From Flectonema sp. DT1601 (Eukaryota): 64,000 nt of DNA. A program made the translations under genes and the position numbers. The notes below the pieces were generated by a model. It was not told where the DNA came from. It did not search any database and saw only the letters and a list, made by a program, of their open reading frames with translations. Shown here piece by piece: positions 33,076-44,253 of this stretch (position 1 is the stretch's first letter; every line of letters starts with the position of its first letter). The stretch is from positions 310,001 to 374,000 of the forward strand of contig OZ025780.1 of the NCBI GenBank assembly GCA_964019425.1, written 5' to 3'.

Positions 33076-34991
33076 TTAAAAAGCCTTTCCTCTAGATCCA
33101 GTTTTTTCAAGTCTCTTTGGATCTTTTAAAAATGTGTTTGTTTCATCGGTCATTCGCATGCATTCTGCTTTTAATGGAAGAAAGTGAGTCTCAGCGTTCT
33201 TTGCTTTGACGAAGTCATCGAGCTGAAAGAGATTTTGTTTTAATTGACGAAGCTTCTGCTCCTGAAGTTGAAGTGGTTGGTGGACGTCGTTCGATTGTAA
33301 TTCATCTCTTTTAGTTGAATAATCATTGTTTAATTGTTGAACTTGTTTTTTAAGATGGATACGCAGGCTTGACAAGTGAACTTTTTTAACTGAAAGACGC
33401 TTCTTAAGGTCTTCATGCTCCTGCCGAAGTCCATCGAGATCAGAGAATTTTTTCATTCCAGTTTCATGTTCGCTGATGCGTTTGTTTACAGCTTCAAGCT
33501 CGGCAAGGATTTTACCGTCTAGGCTGTTTAGTTTTTTTAGATCATTTTTACGAATTTCTAGTTCGTTTTCAAGACGGACGTGTGTTGATGATGATTCAGA
33601 TATGACTTTAATCATTCCGTCTAACTCTTCTCTCATTTCATTAAGACGACTATCACCGCCTCCAGCAAGTCCTTCAGCAATGTGTTCTAGTAGGTGAACA
33701 ATTGAGTCTTCAGTCTCACGGATGGTTCCAAGCTGCTTCTTCTTTTCACTATCAAAATTGTCAATAAATGTTTGCATTTCTTGGTCTCTCTGTTCAAGTT
33801 GTTTGTATTTACCAATTCTATCTCCTGTTAACTCCTGGAGATCACTTTCAAGTGATTTTAATTTTGCTTTCGCTTCTTCCAACTCACCCTTAGCATCTCT
33901 GATACTTCCTTGAATGGTGTCTATCGCGTTGACATCAGCTTTAACCTGAGCTAGTAGTTGTTTCTTTTCAGCTTCTAAGTCTCCGTTAAACTCCTGAACC
34001 AGAGCATCTGCCTCTTGACGTAGTCGAAATGCGCGTTCTTGTTGTTGAAATTGCATAAGTTTTTGTGGATCAGCTTTCATCTCTAGGTGGAGGGTGTCGT
34101 ACCTGAATTACGTTTTTAATGTTCGGAATTTAAAAATAAATCACATTTTAGACGAGACATACTTCTTAACCAACCCTGCTAATTCTTTTTCCTTCATGTA
34201 TACTTCAGATGCGAGGTTAGCTGATTGCTCACGGAGTTGGTAGTATTCCTGTTTTGTTTATTTGTTTATATGTCAGCAGAGCAATTGATGACGGTAAGTA
34301 AAGGTATACAAACCTGTCTTCTGTGAGGCTCATCCTGTAGTTTTGCTTCTAATTTAGCAGTCAGTTCTTGAACCTGAAGTGTTACTAGTTTATACTTTTC
34401 ATCACATTTCTGTCTTTCCATAAAGCGGTGATCAATTTGTTGTTTGTCTCGTTTGTTTAGTTCTCGAAGGTCAACAGCTTCCTCGTTTATCTTATCAATG
34501 TCGCATCCTCCGGCACTTTTTTCAACTGCAAAGTTGAGATCAGAAAGTTCACCTTTTAGGTTCTTTACTTCAGTTTCGAGTGATTTCAGCTTCCCTCCGA
34601 TTGCATTCATCTGAAGTGAGTTTTTTTGAAGTTTTTGTTCTTCGTCGTTTAGTTTTTCGAGTTCAGCTACTAACTCTTGGTTCTTTGAACGGAGTTGACC
34701 TAAATGATATGACCTGTCCATGACTTGTCTTCTTGAACCAGTTTGTTGAGCTGGCATATGCATTCCCTTCATACCTTCTTTCATGACAGGTCGAGCAGCT
34801 ACTTCGACTGATGTGTTCAAGCTGACTCCCATTCCTGCAGTCGGTTGTTGTGTTCCAGTCCATGGAGATTGCCCTCTTCGACTTGCTGTTCCCGGAGCTC
34901 CCAAACCTGGTCCACTAGGTGGCCTGTTATATCCATACTGTGTTCCCGATGTCGGTGGTCGATTTCCAAAACCTCCCTGTTGTGGCTGCAT
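33076..34991 (-). CDS. IFT74: Intraflagellar transport protein 74; exons 34991-34314, 34248-34163, 34102-33076; 596 aa
   Basis: N-terminal RPPTSG/RPPSG, V.V..RPV..EG..G and RQVMDRSY.LG.LR.K motifs, then coiled coil. Two GT-AG introns (65 and 60 nt) join the two ORF-track pieces in frame. Confidence 0.92.
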
Positions 34992-35169
34992 TTTTGTTTT
35001 TTCTTTTCAGAAAAAAAAAAAAAAAAAAAAAAAAAAGGGTTAGTTTTTTTTTTTTGTCCCTGTGGGAAAATAGGTAAATATTAATAAAAAAAACGATTTA
35101 TTTCACACAAAAAAAAAAGTGTAAGTGAGAAATAGCAACCTAAGCAGCGTCACCAGGAATGGTGTCTAC

Positions 35170-37572
35170 TCATCGGTTTTTATTAATCGTGTTTCGCAGC
35201 TTATCAGTGATGTTGAGAGGTATACATCTTAAATTTTCAACGATCCTCTGAAGGGAGCAATCACTTGATAAGTCTAAGTGTTCATGGACAGACTTTACAA
35301 ACAGTCCAGGGTTAATCGGTTCAATGTTACTCATGTTCTCAAGTAGAGTAATTAATGATGTCACAGAAAAAGTCTCCGCACCATCCTCAATAAGACCTTG
35401 AGAAATAATTTTATAAAATCGAAGGTGTTGGTTGATTATATACGTCGCAAAGAATCGTGCTAGGAATGACATTTTTGAATTCGAATCGAATCGGTCTGCG
35501 TAATGGACCAGCGGGGGTATCTCACCTTCGAAATCTGAAGCAATAGCAGCTCTCGCTTCGATTAGAATCTTAAACGAATCATTTTTAAGTAACGAACTCA
35601 CCGCACTATAAGTCTGTCTGCAATCAAGGAATGGAGCGTTTTGATTATTTCTCACACTTTCGATCATCATTTTCGGAATTCCCTTCAAAACAGTTCTGAC
35701 ATCGCTGTACACAGACAGTGGTAGGCTTCCTGTACACGTTAGCATAAACAATCTCGAAAGAGGCTCGCTTCTGCTGTATGTTTTACTGTAGTAAAATAGA
35801 TTGTAAGCAATTTTAACGCGAGCATCGTCGTCAGGGTATTCCATTTGAAGCCAACGAGTTACATAGTCATTCATCAGATTGGCGGTGATTGGTTTGAGGG
35901 GTTTCGATGATGATGTTGTTTTTACCTTTTCTGATCGAATAGAACTCCTTTTTCGTTTTGATTTTACCCGTCTTTTAATTTGAACTACACAAGTAGACAC
36001 AACAATAATCGCACTGGTAATTAATGAATAACAATTCACCTCAATAGTATTATTTCCTTTTGATTCTCTGTGTTCAAGCAATTGATAAACTGAAGCAAAC
36101 GTCCGTGAGCACCAAGTCGCAGTAATGTCTTCCGTCCATGATAGGTTTCTCACAGTTCGTTGCTCAGTCTTTAAAAATAAAAATCCTTCTATTGAATCTC
36201 CAGGTAGTGTTGGTATCGGTGTAGTATTAGGTTTCGATCCTGCTTGCTTTCTTATATCAAATACGTTTTCAACAATCGCACTGGACTCGACGTCATCCAA
36301 AAGAGTGTCAACTTCGGTGTTTTTGTGATGTAATTTAGTAGCGAGTTCTTTAACGATTATCGATGACGGTCTGTTTTCTGTTACAACTCCTAAATTTTCA
36401 TCTAAGAAAGACTTATAATCAGGTCTTGGAGTGTATCTCAATCTGTCCACTGATGATATAGTAACTCCATCGGGAGGTGCGCAAGGTATTCCCAATTCAT
36501 CTTCTTCGAGAAGACGTTGTTCTGCTTCATGGTGACGAGTTCTTTCTCTCAGTAGACCTTTAACTGAAGTCATTTTCGAATTTAGGTGATCGATGTGGGT
36601 GTTTAATTTTTTATTTTCATTTTTTAATTTTTGAATTTGACATTTGTAAGATCCAGATACTATTTGAGTCTCCACCATTACAGTTTTTGTCTGATGCAAC
36701 ATCTGTTCTTGAATTGCCAGGTGACTACTATTTATCGCATGCGCGTCACTCGTAGGTATAGCATCTGACAGTGAAAGTCCGCTGAAATGCGTGTTTCTCT
36801 GTTTTCTTTGAATAGATCTCAGTTTGTCTAGGAGGCCATTACTTGATTGAGTTTGTTCCGCACAAGTTGCTCTCAGAGTGTTTACTTGTTCTTTTTTTTC
36901 TCTATACTTTCCCAAAAGATCTGTGTACTGTACGTTATTGATGTGTTTATCTGCTGCTGTTTTTTCTTTTAGTTCCATGGTTACAGTTTCTTGTCGAATC
37001 AGCCTCGATAACAATTTTAAATTCTCATTTTTAGCAGCGATCAACTCAGATACTAATTTCTTGCCATTGTCAGGAACGGGTTGGTCTGAAATTTGAAGAT
37101 CGCCACCTCCGATAATCGCAAGGCTGTTGTTAGTTTCATTGAATGACTGAATCTCTCTCTGATCTTTATTATTTTCAATCTGTAATGTTGGATACGAAAT
37201 ACTTGGAAGTTGATTTACGTCAGTCTTTCCGACGTTTAAAAGATGCTTTAGTATGGCGTGTTGTTGTCTTATCTTACGGTGTCGGTAGGCCATCAAATGA
37301 CACAGCATTTGTTTGTTTCCCTTTTGAACTGTTTTAATGTTGGTGTTGATCGCTGTGGATTTAATTAATTCTCTTCGTTGATTTCTCTTAACTCTCATTT
37401 TGTCACTTTTACTGCTGAGTAGTCTCCTGTCTTCTTCAGGTGGTTTCGGCAACAGTGAAAACAAACTTTTTGATGTACCTATTCCAACTTGAACTTCTCC
37501 ACTTCTCTTGACGACGAATCCTTTTCCTGTTGGAACCGGGGGGATGTCTTCCCACGAATATCTGTGGGGCAT
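35170..37572 (-). CDS. Coiled-coil protein with TSNAXIP1-like C-terminal region
   Basis: 800-aa ORF; VRNLSW...WLQMEY...IAYNL...LFMLTCTGSLPLSVY resembles the conserved region of translin-associated factor X-interacting proteins. Confidence 0.55.
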   Translation of the reverse strand: MPHRYSWEDIPPVPTGKGFVVKRSGEVQVGIGTSKSLFSLLPKPPEEDRRLLSSKSDKMRVKRNQRRELIKSTAINTNIKTVQKGNKQMLCHLMAYRHRKIRQQHAILKHLLNVGKTDVNQLPSISYPTLQIENNKDQREIQSFNETNNSLAIIGGGDLQISDQPVPDNGKKLVSELIAAKNENLKLLSRLIRQETVTMELKEKTAADKHINNVQYTDLLGKYREKKEQVNTLRATCAEQTQSSNGLLDKLRSIQRKQRNTHFSGLSLSDAIPTSDAHAINSSHLAIQEQMLHQTKTVMVETQIVSGSYKCQIQKLKNENKKLNTHIDHLNSKMTSVKGLLRERTRHHEAEQRLLEEDELGIPCAPPDGVTISSVDRLRYTPRPDYKSFLDENLGVVTENRPSSIIVKELATKLHHKNTEVDTLLDDVESSAIVENVFDIRKQAGSKPNTTPIPTLPGDSIEGFLFLKTEQRTVRNLSWTEDITATWCSRTFASVYQLLEHRESKGNNTIEVNCYSLITSAIIVVSTCVVQIKRRVKSKRKRSSIRSEKVKTTSSSKPLKPITANLMNDYVTRWLQMEYPDDDARVKIAYNLFYYSKTYSRSEPLSRLFMLTCTGSLPLSVYSDVRTVLKGIPKMMIESVRNNQNAPFLDCRQTYSAVSSLLKNDSFKILIEARAAIASDFEGEIPPLVHYADRFDSNSKMSFLARFFATYIINQHLRFYKIISQGLIEDGAETFSVTSLITLLENMSNIEPINPGLFVKSVHEHLDLSSDCSLQRIVENLRCIPLNITDKLRNTINKNR

Positions 37573-38100
37573 ATTGTTGTTTGAAATTTTCTATGAATAA
37601 AATACCAGTGATCAATACTTTGTGAGTGCAAACAAGAATGGGCCGCTGGCTCAAGAGGCCTTCTGTAATCGTTATCACTCACCAGATTGAGTTAAAAATT
37701 GTTTCTTTTTTTTTCATTTCTATTTTTTTTTTTTTTGTTTTCTTTCCAGCATCATTTGCTTTCTCACTATCAAAAATTCATCAGAATGTACTGTAAGAAT
37801 AATTCAGATGGGAAGCATCTTGACCAACATGCCTGTCGAGAAGACCAATTCAGATTATATTAACCTCATGTTTCTTTGAGCGCAGACAGAATACCTGGCG
37901 CTCTGGGGAATAAACCATAACCACAAGAAATAATGGCTTTTTTCAATCAATGAATGGTTTCTTCTCTGACTTTCATCGGTACAAAAAAAAAATCAAAAAA
38001 AAAAAAAAAAAAAAATTGCGCAATGGCTATAATCTAACTTGTATCTGCTCGATATTGTTGACTCACCGCTGCTGCGCAAGTATTGGGAATGAAACTTATT

Positions 38101-39009
38101 TTATTCCGAAACTTCTTCTGGAAAGCCATCTACCTCCCCTCCTACTTTCTTAACTAAGCACTTCAGTGAAGCAATAGATATGTGAAGGTTGGTTTTTGGA
38201 AACGTTGCTCCCTTTTTATTACATGGAAAGTAAACCTTGTTTGATCCATCAGAACGAGCGTGTTTAAAAGGAGGACGTGGAGCACCGTTTACGGAATACA
38301 CAATTTGATTTTGTTCCTTGTCAATAGTAAAAGAAAGGACATTATTTGAACCAGGGTCAACGACTGTAAAATGATCAACATCAATCGTTGGAACTTTAAC
38401 TTTAAATCCAGAAACTTGTACCTTACTCTCAGCTGCTAGAGATAATACTTTACTCGTGACGGTGGCAACGTCTGCAATCGGTACTGATATGCTGCCTCCT
38501 TCAAATTGAATTGCCGAGGCAGACGCATCCCATTTCAACTTTTTAACAATGTGTTCAGTTCCTTTGTCGTCTTTTAGTCGAAGGACTCTTTCTGTTGAGA
38601 ATTCAAAGTTATTAAAAGAGACAGAGTTGTCACTTACAACTGGTGCTGTAGGTGTTGTTTCAGTAGCGGTCTCTCCGCTTGATTCTCCTTTTGCAACGTT
38701 CAGTTCAGATAATTTAGAAACAAGATCTGACTTAGTTGGCATTGGTGAGGTATGAACTTTGCTTCCGCTCTTTAAAATTACTAAGTAAGGAAGCTGACTG
38801 ACACCAAGCTCTCCCGCGACTTCTTCCAACTCGTCAACATCAACTTTTAAAAACTTAGCTCCTGAGGCGTACTCTCCGGCTATTGATTCATAGTCTGGCA
38901 TAAATTTCTTACAAGCGCCACACCATGGGGCATAGAAATCCACAACTACTACACCTGCTCTGGAAAGTTCAGCGAATTCTTCCTCACTCTTGATATCAAT
39001 TGGAGCCAT
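38101..39009 (-). CDS. Thioredoxin (WCGAC) fused to uncharacterised C-terminal domains
   Basis: VVVDFYAPWCGACK...FLKVDVDE...LGVSQLP. Confidence 0.9.
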   Translation of the reverse strand: MAPIDIKSEEEFAELSRAGVVVVDFYAPWCGACKKFMPDYESIAGEYASGAKFLKVDVDELEEVAGELGVSQLPYLVILKSGSKVHTSPMPTKSDLVSKLSELNVAKGESSGETATETTPTAPVVSDNSVSFNNFEFSTERVLRLKDDKGTEHIVKKLKWDASASAIQFEGGSISVPIADVATVTSKVLSLAAESKVQVSGFKVKVPTIDVDHFTVVDPGSNNVLSFTIDKEQNQIVYSVNGAPRPPFKHARSDGSNKVYFPCNKKGATFPKTNLHISIASLKCLVKKVGGEVDGFPEEVSE

Positions 39010-39309
39010 GTTTTCTTTTGGTTAAAAAAAAAAAAAAAATAGGAACTGTTTTTTTTATAAAAAAAAGAAAATAGTGAAGCTGATTAATTAATTTTAAAAA
39101 AACATTCTTTTTTTTTTTGTAGCTATTTCACCGTCATGTTTTATTTCTGTTTAAAAAAAAAAAATTTTTTTTTTTTTTTTTTTTTGCTTCAACGATACCA
39201 ACAGACCAAATGAATCTAACGAGAAAAAAAAAAGAAAAAATCTAAAGTAAGTTTGTATTCTAAATAAACTGAACAAATGTTGGGTAGCTTTCTAAAAAAA
39301 CATAAATTT

Positions 39310-39987
39310 CTACCACCTTGAATTTCCAGTCCATATACAATGAGCAAGAAAGAATAATACCAACGAATTTATAATGTTGAGTCCTATTCCCCAAGTCAGG
39401 TGATAGGCATCACCGACAGGAGCCCCACACAGAGTCTTAGCCCATTGAATTTGAAATACGATAACAACAAGACATAAGAACATTCCTGATAGAACGCATA
39501 GAGGAGTTACTATTTGTCGGTAACGTTTGCTGAGGACGCCGGGTATTCCAAGCTCAGCGAGTTGGAAGACCATTGCTAGGATGTGAACTACCAGATGAGC
39601 TATTGTGAAACCTTTACAGAGTGATATCAAGGTATTGAATTCCCCGCAGTAACTTTTATCAACGGAGCCACTTTCTCCTCCGCATTGCCAACGAAAGCAA
39701 CCAGAGCTGCAACGTTCGTTTCGAGTGCCGACCGCGTTCTGTCTCATCATGGAAGGCATCGACATGGCTACACACTGAAATATAAACACGATCAATAAAA
39801 CAACGAAGAACGCTGCATGTGTTTCTCTAGAAAATTCCTCTCCTGTCGGTTTCCTACGAAACCATACATGCGATAGTAGTATGACATCAGGGTCTTCAGA
39901 ACTTGCTCGTACTTCTGGGATTGGACTCATCGCATTCCTACCTACTCCACTACCTGCTGGAGAAGCTGGAGTTCGTTGGACTGACAT
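39310..39987 (-). CDS. Amastin/claudin-like four-TM membrane protein
   Basis: Four hydrophobic helices, a Cys-containing first loop (C...C..W.C...C) and YHLTWGIGL before TM4. Confidence 0.6.
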   Translation of the reverse strand: MSVQRTPASPAGSGVGRNAMSPIPEVRASSEDPDVILLSHVWFRRKPTGEEFSRETHAAFFVVLLIVFIFQCVAMSMPSMMRQNAVGTRNERCSSGCFRWQCGGESGSVDKSYCGEFNTLISLCKGFTIAHLVVHILAMVFQLAELGIPGVLSKRYRQIVTPLCVLSGMFLCLVVIVFQIQWAKTLCGAPVGDAYHLTWGIGLNIINSLVLFFLAHCIWTGNSRW

Positions 39988-40214
39988 ATTGTACCGAAGG
40001 TACTCTGTTAAATATATTATAGTTGTTTTCTTATGTTAAAATTATTGAAAGAAAAAAGAGTCTTAGCCTTCCTTGCTGATATTCTCTTTTGAAAAAAAAT
40101 TCCTGTTTTTTTTTTAAAAAAAAAAAAATAATAAAAACATCAAGACTCACATAAAAAGACTTTTTCTCCAACAACATTGCCGCTGTGTAAATTAACGACG
40201 GCAACCAGAAATAG

Positions 40215-40790
40215 TTACAGCTGGCCGCAGTCGGTTATGATGATGGCTTTCTTTGGTATTCCGGAGGAAGTACCGCAGCGATTGATCGCGTGAAGTGTGT
40301 CAAAGCCTTCGATTACTTGTCCAAAGACAACATGTTTCTGATCCAAATGTTGCAAAACACTCGTCAATATAAAAAACTGAGAGCAATTACTATTCAGACC
40401 ATCATTCGCCATACTAATAATACCTGGGCCTATATGACTCGATTTCGAGCTGTAAGGTTCGTCATTAAACTGAGAACCATATATGCTATCGCCTCCAGTA
40501 CCATCACCTTTTGTTATGTCACCACCTTGACACATGAAACCCTCAACAACTCTGTGAAAATTACTGTTTTTAAAAAATAGTAGTTTGCCTTCTCCTCCAA
40601 TACCCTTCTCTCCGGTGCACAGGCAACGAAAATTTTCAGCAGTGATCGGAACGGTGTCGCTGAACAACTCAATTACTAGTTTTTTTGGTTCCAGAACTCC
40701 TCCGATAGAAATTTCCAAAAAAACTTTCGGATTCTCTTCCAATATAGAATAATGAGGTTTGTACTCTTGAGATGCCGAGATGGTTGTCAT
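40215..40790 (-). CDS. Cyclophilin-type peptidyl-prolyl isomerase
   Basis: VPITAENFRCLCTGEKG, FHRVVEGFMCQGGD, SMAN and LDQKHVVFG. Confidence 0.95.
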   Translation of the reverse strand: MTTISASQEYKPHYSILEENPKVFLEISIGGVLEPKKLVIELFSDTVPITAENFRCLCTGEKGIGGEGKLLFFKNSNFHRVVEGFMCQGGDITKGDGTGGDSIYGSQFNDEPYSSKSSHIGPGIISMANDGLNSNCSQFFILTSVLQHLDQKHVVFGQVIEGFDTLHAINRCGTSSGIPKKAIIITDCGQL

Positions 40791-41292
40791 TTCACTTTTA
40801 TTTGTTTCCTATACAACATTTCTACAGAAGAATAGTACGAACAAATCACACATAAATAATACTAAGGGGTCTTTATTTATTATCATCATTGGGGGTAATC
40901 GGTTTGCTGTTTAAAAACAAAAAAAAAAACAGAAAATTATCGAATAGTAAAACAGTTTTCTAAAATTAAATAAAACAGAGGAATGTCTTGATGCCAAACG
41001 TAATTATTTTCCTTTTTTTTTTTTTTTTTTTCTTCCTTCTTCTCTTTCTTCTTTCCTCTACCTTGATCAGACGTAATGACGCATACTCTTCGTGTAGGAG
41101 AGTCTTGGGGCTAGTTAACTTTGCGCAAGCGCACTACTGGTTCTGGGGAGGGGAAACAAGTACCAAGTACTTATCAATGTGATTGCTTTTATTGTACACA
41201 CAACTGTAATAGCTTGAAATTTATAAAATACTCCTATCACGCTAAGGAGACTTACCGATGAATAAAGAACAAGTTCACTACAAACCTCCTTA

Positions 41293-44253
41293 CTAGTAGC
41301 GAGGAGGAATACGAACTGGACCAGGTGGTCCATTCGGGCCATGCCGAGATGAGTAGGAGCGAACTGGAGGGCGTTGCTGCTGAGGTTGTTGCTGCTGAGG
41401 TTGTTGCTGCTGAGGTTGTTGCTGCTGACGCTGCTGACCTCCAGCAGGACGATTTGGAAAGACTGGTTGCGGTTTCTGAGGATCAATACGAGAACTACCA
41501 GCAGCCAAACCCATGCTGGTAGCAGTTGGAGTGCGAACAGCATAAGAACGAGGTCTGTTATTGTTGTTGTTATTGTTGCTGTTGTTGTAGTTGTTGTTAT
41601 TGTTGTTAGGACGCTCACGTTTAAGTCTCTTCCACTGTGGTTCATCTGATGGAATTGGTAAAGGAAGTCCCTTCTCACGAGCTTCAATTTCCGCAGCGAC
41701 GTCTCTAACATCTCTCATACGATCCTTTGAGTATTCGATAAAGTGTTGTCTTAACTCTCTTGGAATCTTTCTCTTATTCTCAGGATCCTCAGGGTCGTAC
41801 CGAGTGTGTGAAAAGAAGCATCTCTCCTTTAGTGGACACATTCCTAAGTTCTGAAGTGTTTTACAATAAGGTTTTTCATAAGCATGTAAGAAATGACATT
41901 CGAGATCGTTGTTACACTTTCCACGCATTGAGAAGTATTTACAGGGAACCTTGCGCATTCTACGTAGCTCATCGGGGGAGAGTTCTGGTTGTTTCTCTCG
42001 TGGGATCTTTTCTGTGAGCTGCCACTGTGTTCGCTGCTGTTCTATTTGTTCTTCGGTTATTATTTTAAGGTTTGCTGCTTCTTCTGGAGAAAACAATTCA
42101 ATTGTCGGATACTCGACTACGTAACGAATCTTACGAAGGTTAGCTGCCAGTGTTTCTGTTTTGTCTAATTCATGAAACGCAACATCATTTCCAAGACGAA
42201 GTGCTCTGACCATAATTCGATAACCTCCGTTTTGTTTACTTTCTTTCATAAACTGTCGGAGGGCAGTTCGATTCTCTGGAGTGCGGCTTTCTTCGCGCAT
42301 CTTGTCAACTGCAATAGCCCATCGAGATTTTTCAGGTACGAATCCGGATTCTCTTTCTGTTTTATTAGAATCTTCAACCTTTGAAGGTGACTGAAGAAGA
42401 TCAGAAGGAGTATTCACATCAACAGTCTCGACAGGTGTGTCTTCACCGTATAGAACTACAGGTGGATGGGAAACAGGAGGAGGTTCAGCATCGTATCCTT
42501 CGTAGTCATATTGTTCTTCTTCATCAGGTGCCATGATGTCTGCGAGAATCTCGTCAGCATCCCTTTTTCGTTTTTGAAGAAGTCTTTCCTCATCAGGTGA
42601 TGTCATCGTCTCATCCAGTCCTTCTAATTCAGCGCACAAGTCTCTGTGTTGTTCTTCACTTTCTATTTCTGGTGCTGTCATTTCTATTCTCAACTCTGGT
42701 TCTGCTTCAGGTGCTGTTTGTTGAACATCATTTTGTCCGACGTGTTCAAAATGACATTTATCACCGTGTTTACACCTTCCTGATCTCCAATAAAAGTCAC
42801 ATGGTTTCTTACCTCCAGGTCCGAATTCAGGTGCTTGTGGAATAGGTTTTGTTTCTTCTGTTGATGAGGTCGGTGGTTTTGGTTTTCGGTTATTGCTTCT
42901 CGCTAGTAATGATTTCCCAGCTTTTCCTAAAGGACACACAGCAGGTCCGGAAACGTTTTCAGCGCGGGGTTTGTCTCCTTCGACGATATCGAAGAGAACT
43001 TCTGCTCCAACAGTAAGACTTCCTCCTTCTCCAGTTAATGAGTTTCTATGAACGAATAGGTCTGGTAGTGGTTCTGGTTTGTCAACCTGTTGCTCAGGAT
43101 CTTCTGGTTGTTGTTGATCAGGGTCAGGATTAGATGAAGGCTGCTGTTGCTCATCAGGGTTAGCATCAGATGAAGGCTCTTGTTGATTATTCGTTTCAAC
43201 AGGTGGAGTAGGTGGAGTACTTCTACTAATGAATCCGTAACCCTTTTTATCATCCCATTTCTTTACTATTCCTCGTTCACTTCCTTCTTGGACAGGTTCA
43301 TCACCTTCAGTGGCTTGGTTGTGTCTACGCTTTCTTCTTGCTTCCCAGTGCATATTCCACACAGCGTGTTTTTTTAATTTCCGTTCTCTCAAGAGGGGGA
43401 GATTATCGATGACTTCCTGAAGTATGAATCTTTCGTTTACTAGACGACAGACCTTTAGAGGTGTCTTATCGAGTACTTCTGTTTGTTGTTCTTCTTCTTC
43501 TTCTCCTTCTGGTGAAGGGTCAGTTTGATGTTTGTTATGAATTAGGAAATCAACTCTCCAAAGAATTGTATCATTGTGAGCTACAAATCGAGTTACATTC
43601 TGAGACTGTTTAGTCATCCCACGGGATAAGAGGGTCAGGTGAAGTCCTCGTGTTTTGGCAGCTTCTCTGAGATAAAATAAAGGAGTTGAAAGGTTATCAA
43701 TTGAGAATGGTTCATGGTGAGGCATCTTCTTGTGATAACCTTTTATAACCGAACCGATAGATTCCAGGAAGAAATAATCTTCTTTCATAGAATTCTCATT
43801 GTAGTCTTGGGCGCGTACCATTTCAAGTTTTCGAGCGCCATTACACTCATGAGTTTCTTTATGTTTAGCGACACATTCTATTGAACAGCTTTCTCTTTTG
43901 CAACCAGGACAGCGATATTTACCTTCAGCTCCACAAGTTGAGCAAACCATCTTTCGACCTGATCGAGTTACAACAGGTGGCGGGGATAACATCATCATCG
44001 ATTCAGGTAGAGCTTCTCCCTCTTCTTCTTCTTCTGTTTCTTCTTCAGGTGCAGGTTGTTCTTCTCGTGTAATTTCCTCTTTGGGTGGTGCAGTTACTAC
44101 TGTTTCTTCTATTTCTCCGTCAATCACCATGTTTTCCTCCATTGGCGGAGGAGGTGAAAATCCCGTTATATCAGAGCTGGGGATCTCTGGGATCTCCTCA
44201 ACGGTGTTGTCGATCATCTCAATGGTGTCATCAATCTCGCCATCTGGTGGCAT
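41293..44253 (-). CDS. BCD1: Box C/D snoRNA protein 1 (BCD1/ZNHIT6)-like protein with added cold-shock domain and CCCH zinc fingers
   Basis: zf-HIT CSTC...YRCPGC...CSIECV..HK...CNG, DYFFLE, ILWRVDF and NLR...VVEYPTI; CSD GIVKKWDDKKGYGFI...DLFVH; three CCCH motifs. Confidence 0.82.
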   Translation of the reverse strand: MPPDGEIDDTIEMIDNTVEEIPEIPSSDITGFSPPPPMEENMVIDGEIEETVVTAPPKEEITREEQPAPEEETEEEEEGEALPESMMMLSPPPVVTRSGRKMVCSTCGAEGKYRCPGCKRESCSIECVAKHKETHECNGARKLEMVRAQDYNENSMKEDYFFLESIGSVIKGYHKKMPHHEPFSIDNLSTPLFYLREAAKTRGLHLTLLSRGMTKQSQNVTRFVAHNDTILWRVDFLIHNKHQTDPSPEGEEEEEQQTEVLDKTPLKVCRLVNERFILQEVIDNLPLLRERKLKKHAVWNMHWEARRKRRHNQATEGDEPVQEGSERGIVKKWDDKKGYGFISRSTPPTPPVETNNQQEPSSDANPDEQQQPSSNPDPDQQQPEDPEQQVDKPEPLPDLFVHRNSLTGEGGSLTVGAEVLFDIVEGDKPRAENVSGPAVCPLGKAGKSLLARSNNRKPKPPTSSTEETKPIPQAPEFGPGGKKPCDFYWRSGRCKHGDKCHFEHVGQNDVQQTAPEAEPELRIEMTAPEIESEEQHRDLCAELEGLDETMTSPDEERLLQKRKRDADEILADIMAPDEEEQYDYEGYDAEPPPVSHPPVVLYGEDTPVETVDVNTPSDLLQSPSKVEDSNKTERESGFVPEKSRWAIAVDKMREESRTPENRTALRQFMKESKQNGGYRIMVRALRLGNDVAFHELDKTETLAANLRKIRYVVEYPTIELFSPEEAANLKIITEEQIEQQRTQWQLTEKIPREKQPELSPDELRRMRKVPCKYFSMRGKCNNDLECHFLHAYEKPYCKTLQNLGMCPLKERCFFSHTRYDPEDPENKRKIPRELRQHFIEYSKDRMRDVRDVAAEIEAREKGLPLPIPSDEPQWKRLKRERPNNNNNNYNNSNNNNNNNRPRSYAVRTPTATSMGLAAGSSRIDPQKPQPVFPNRPAGGQQRQQQQPQQQQPQQQQPQQQRPPVRSYSSRHGPNGPPGPVRIPPRY

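Noticed and set aside
35985..36039. Possible GT-AG intron within the 800-aa ORF (hydrophobic VNCYSLITSAIIVVSTCV stretch)
   Set aside because: Removing the 55 nt shifts the frame into a stop, while the unspliced frame is open.
23430..39987. Tuzin-amastin gene pair as in trypanosomatids
   Set aside because: Both assignments are weak, and the genes are ~15 kb apart with six genes between them.
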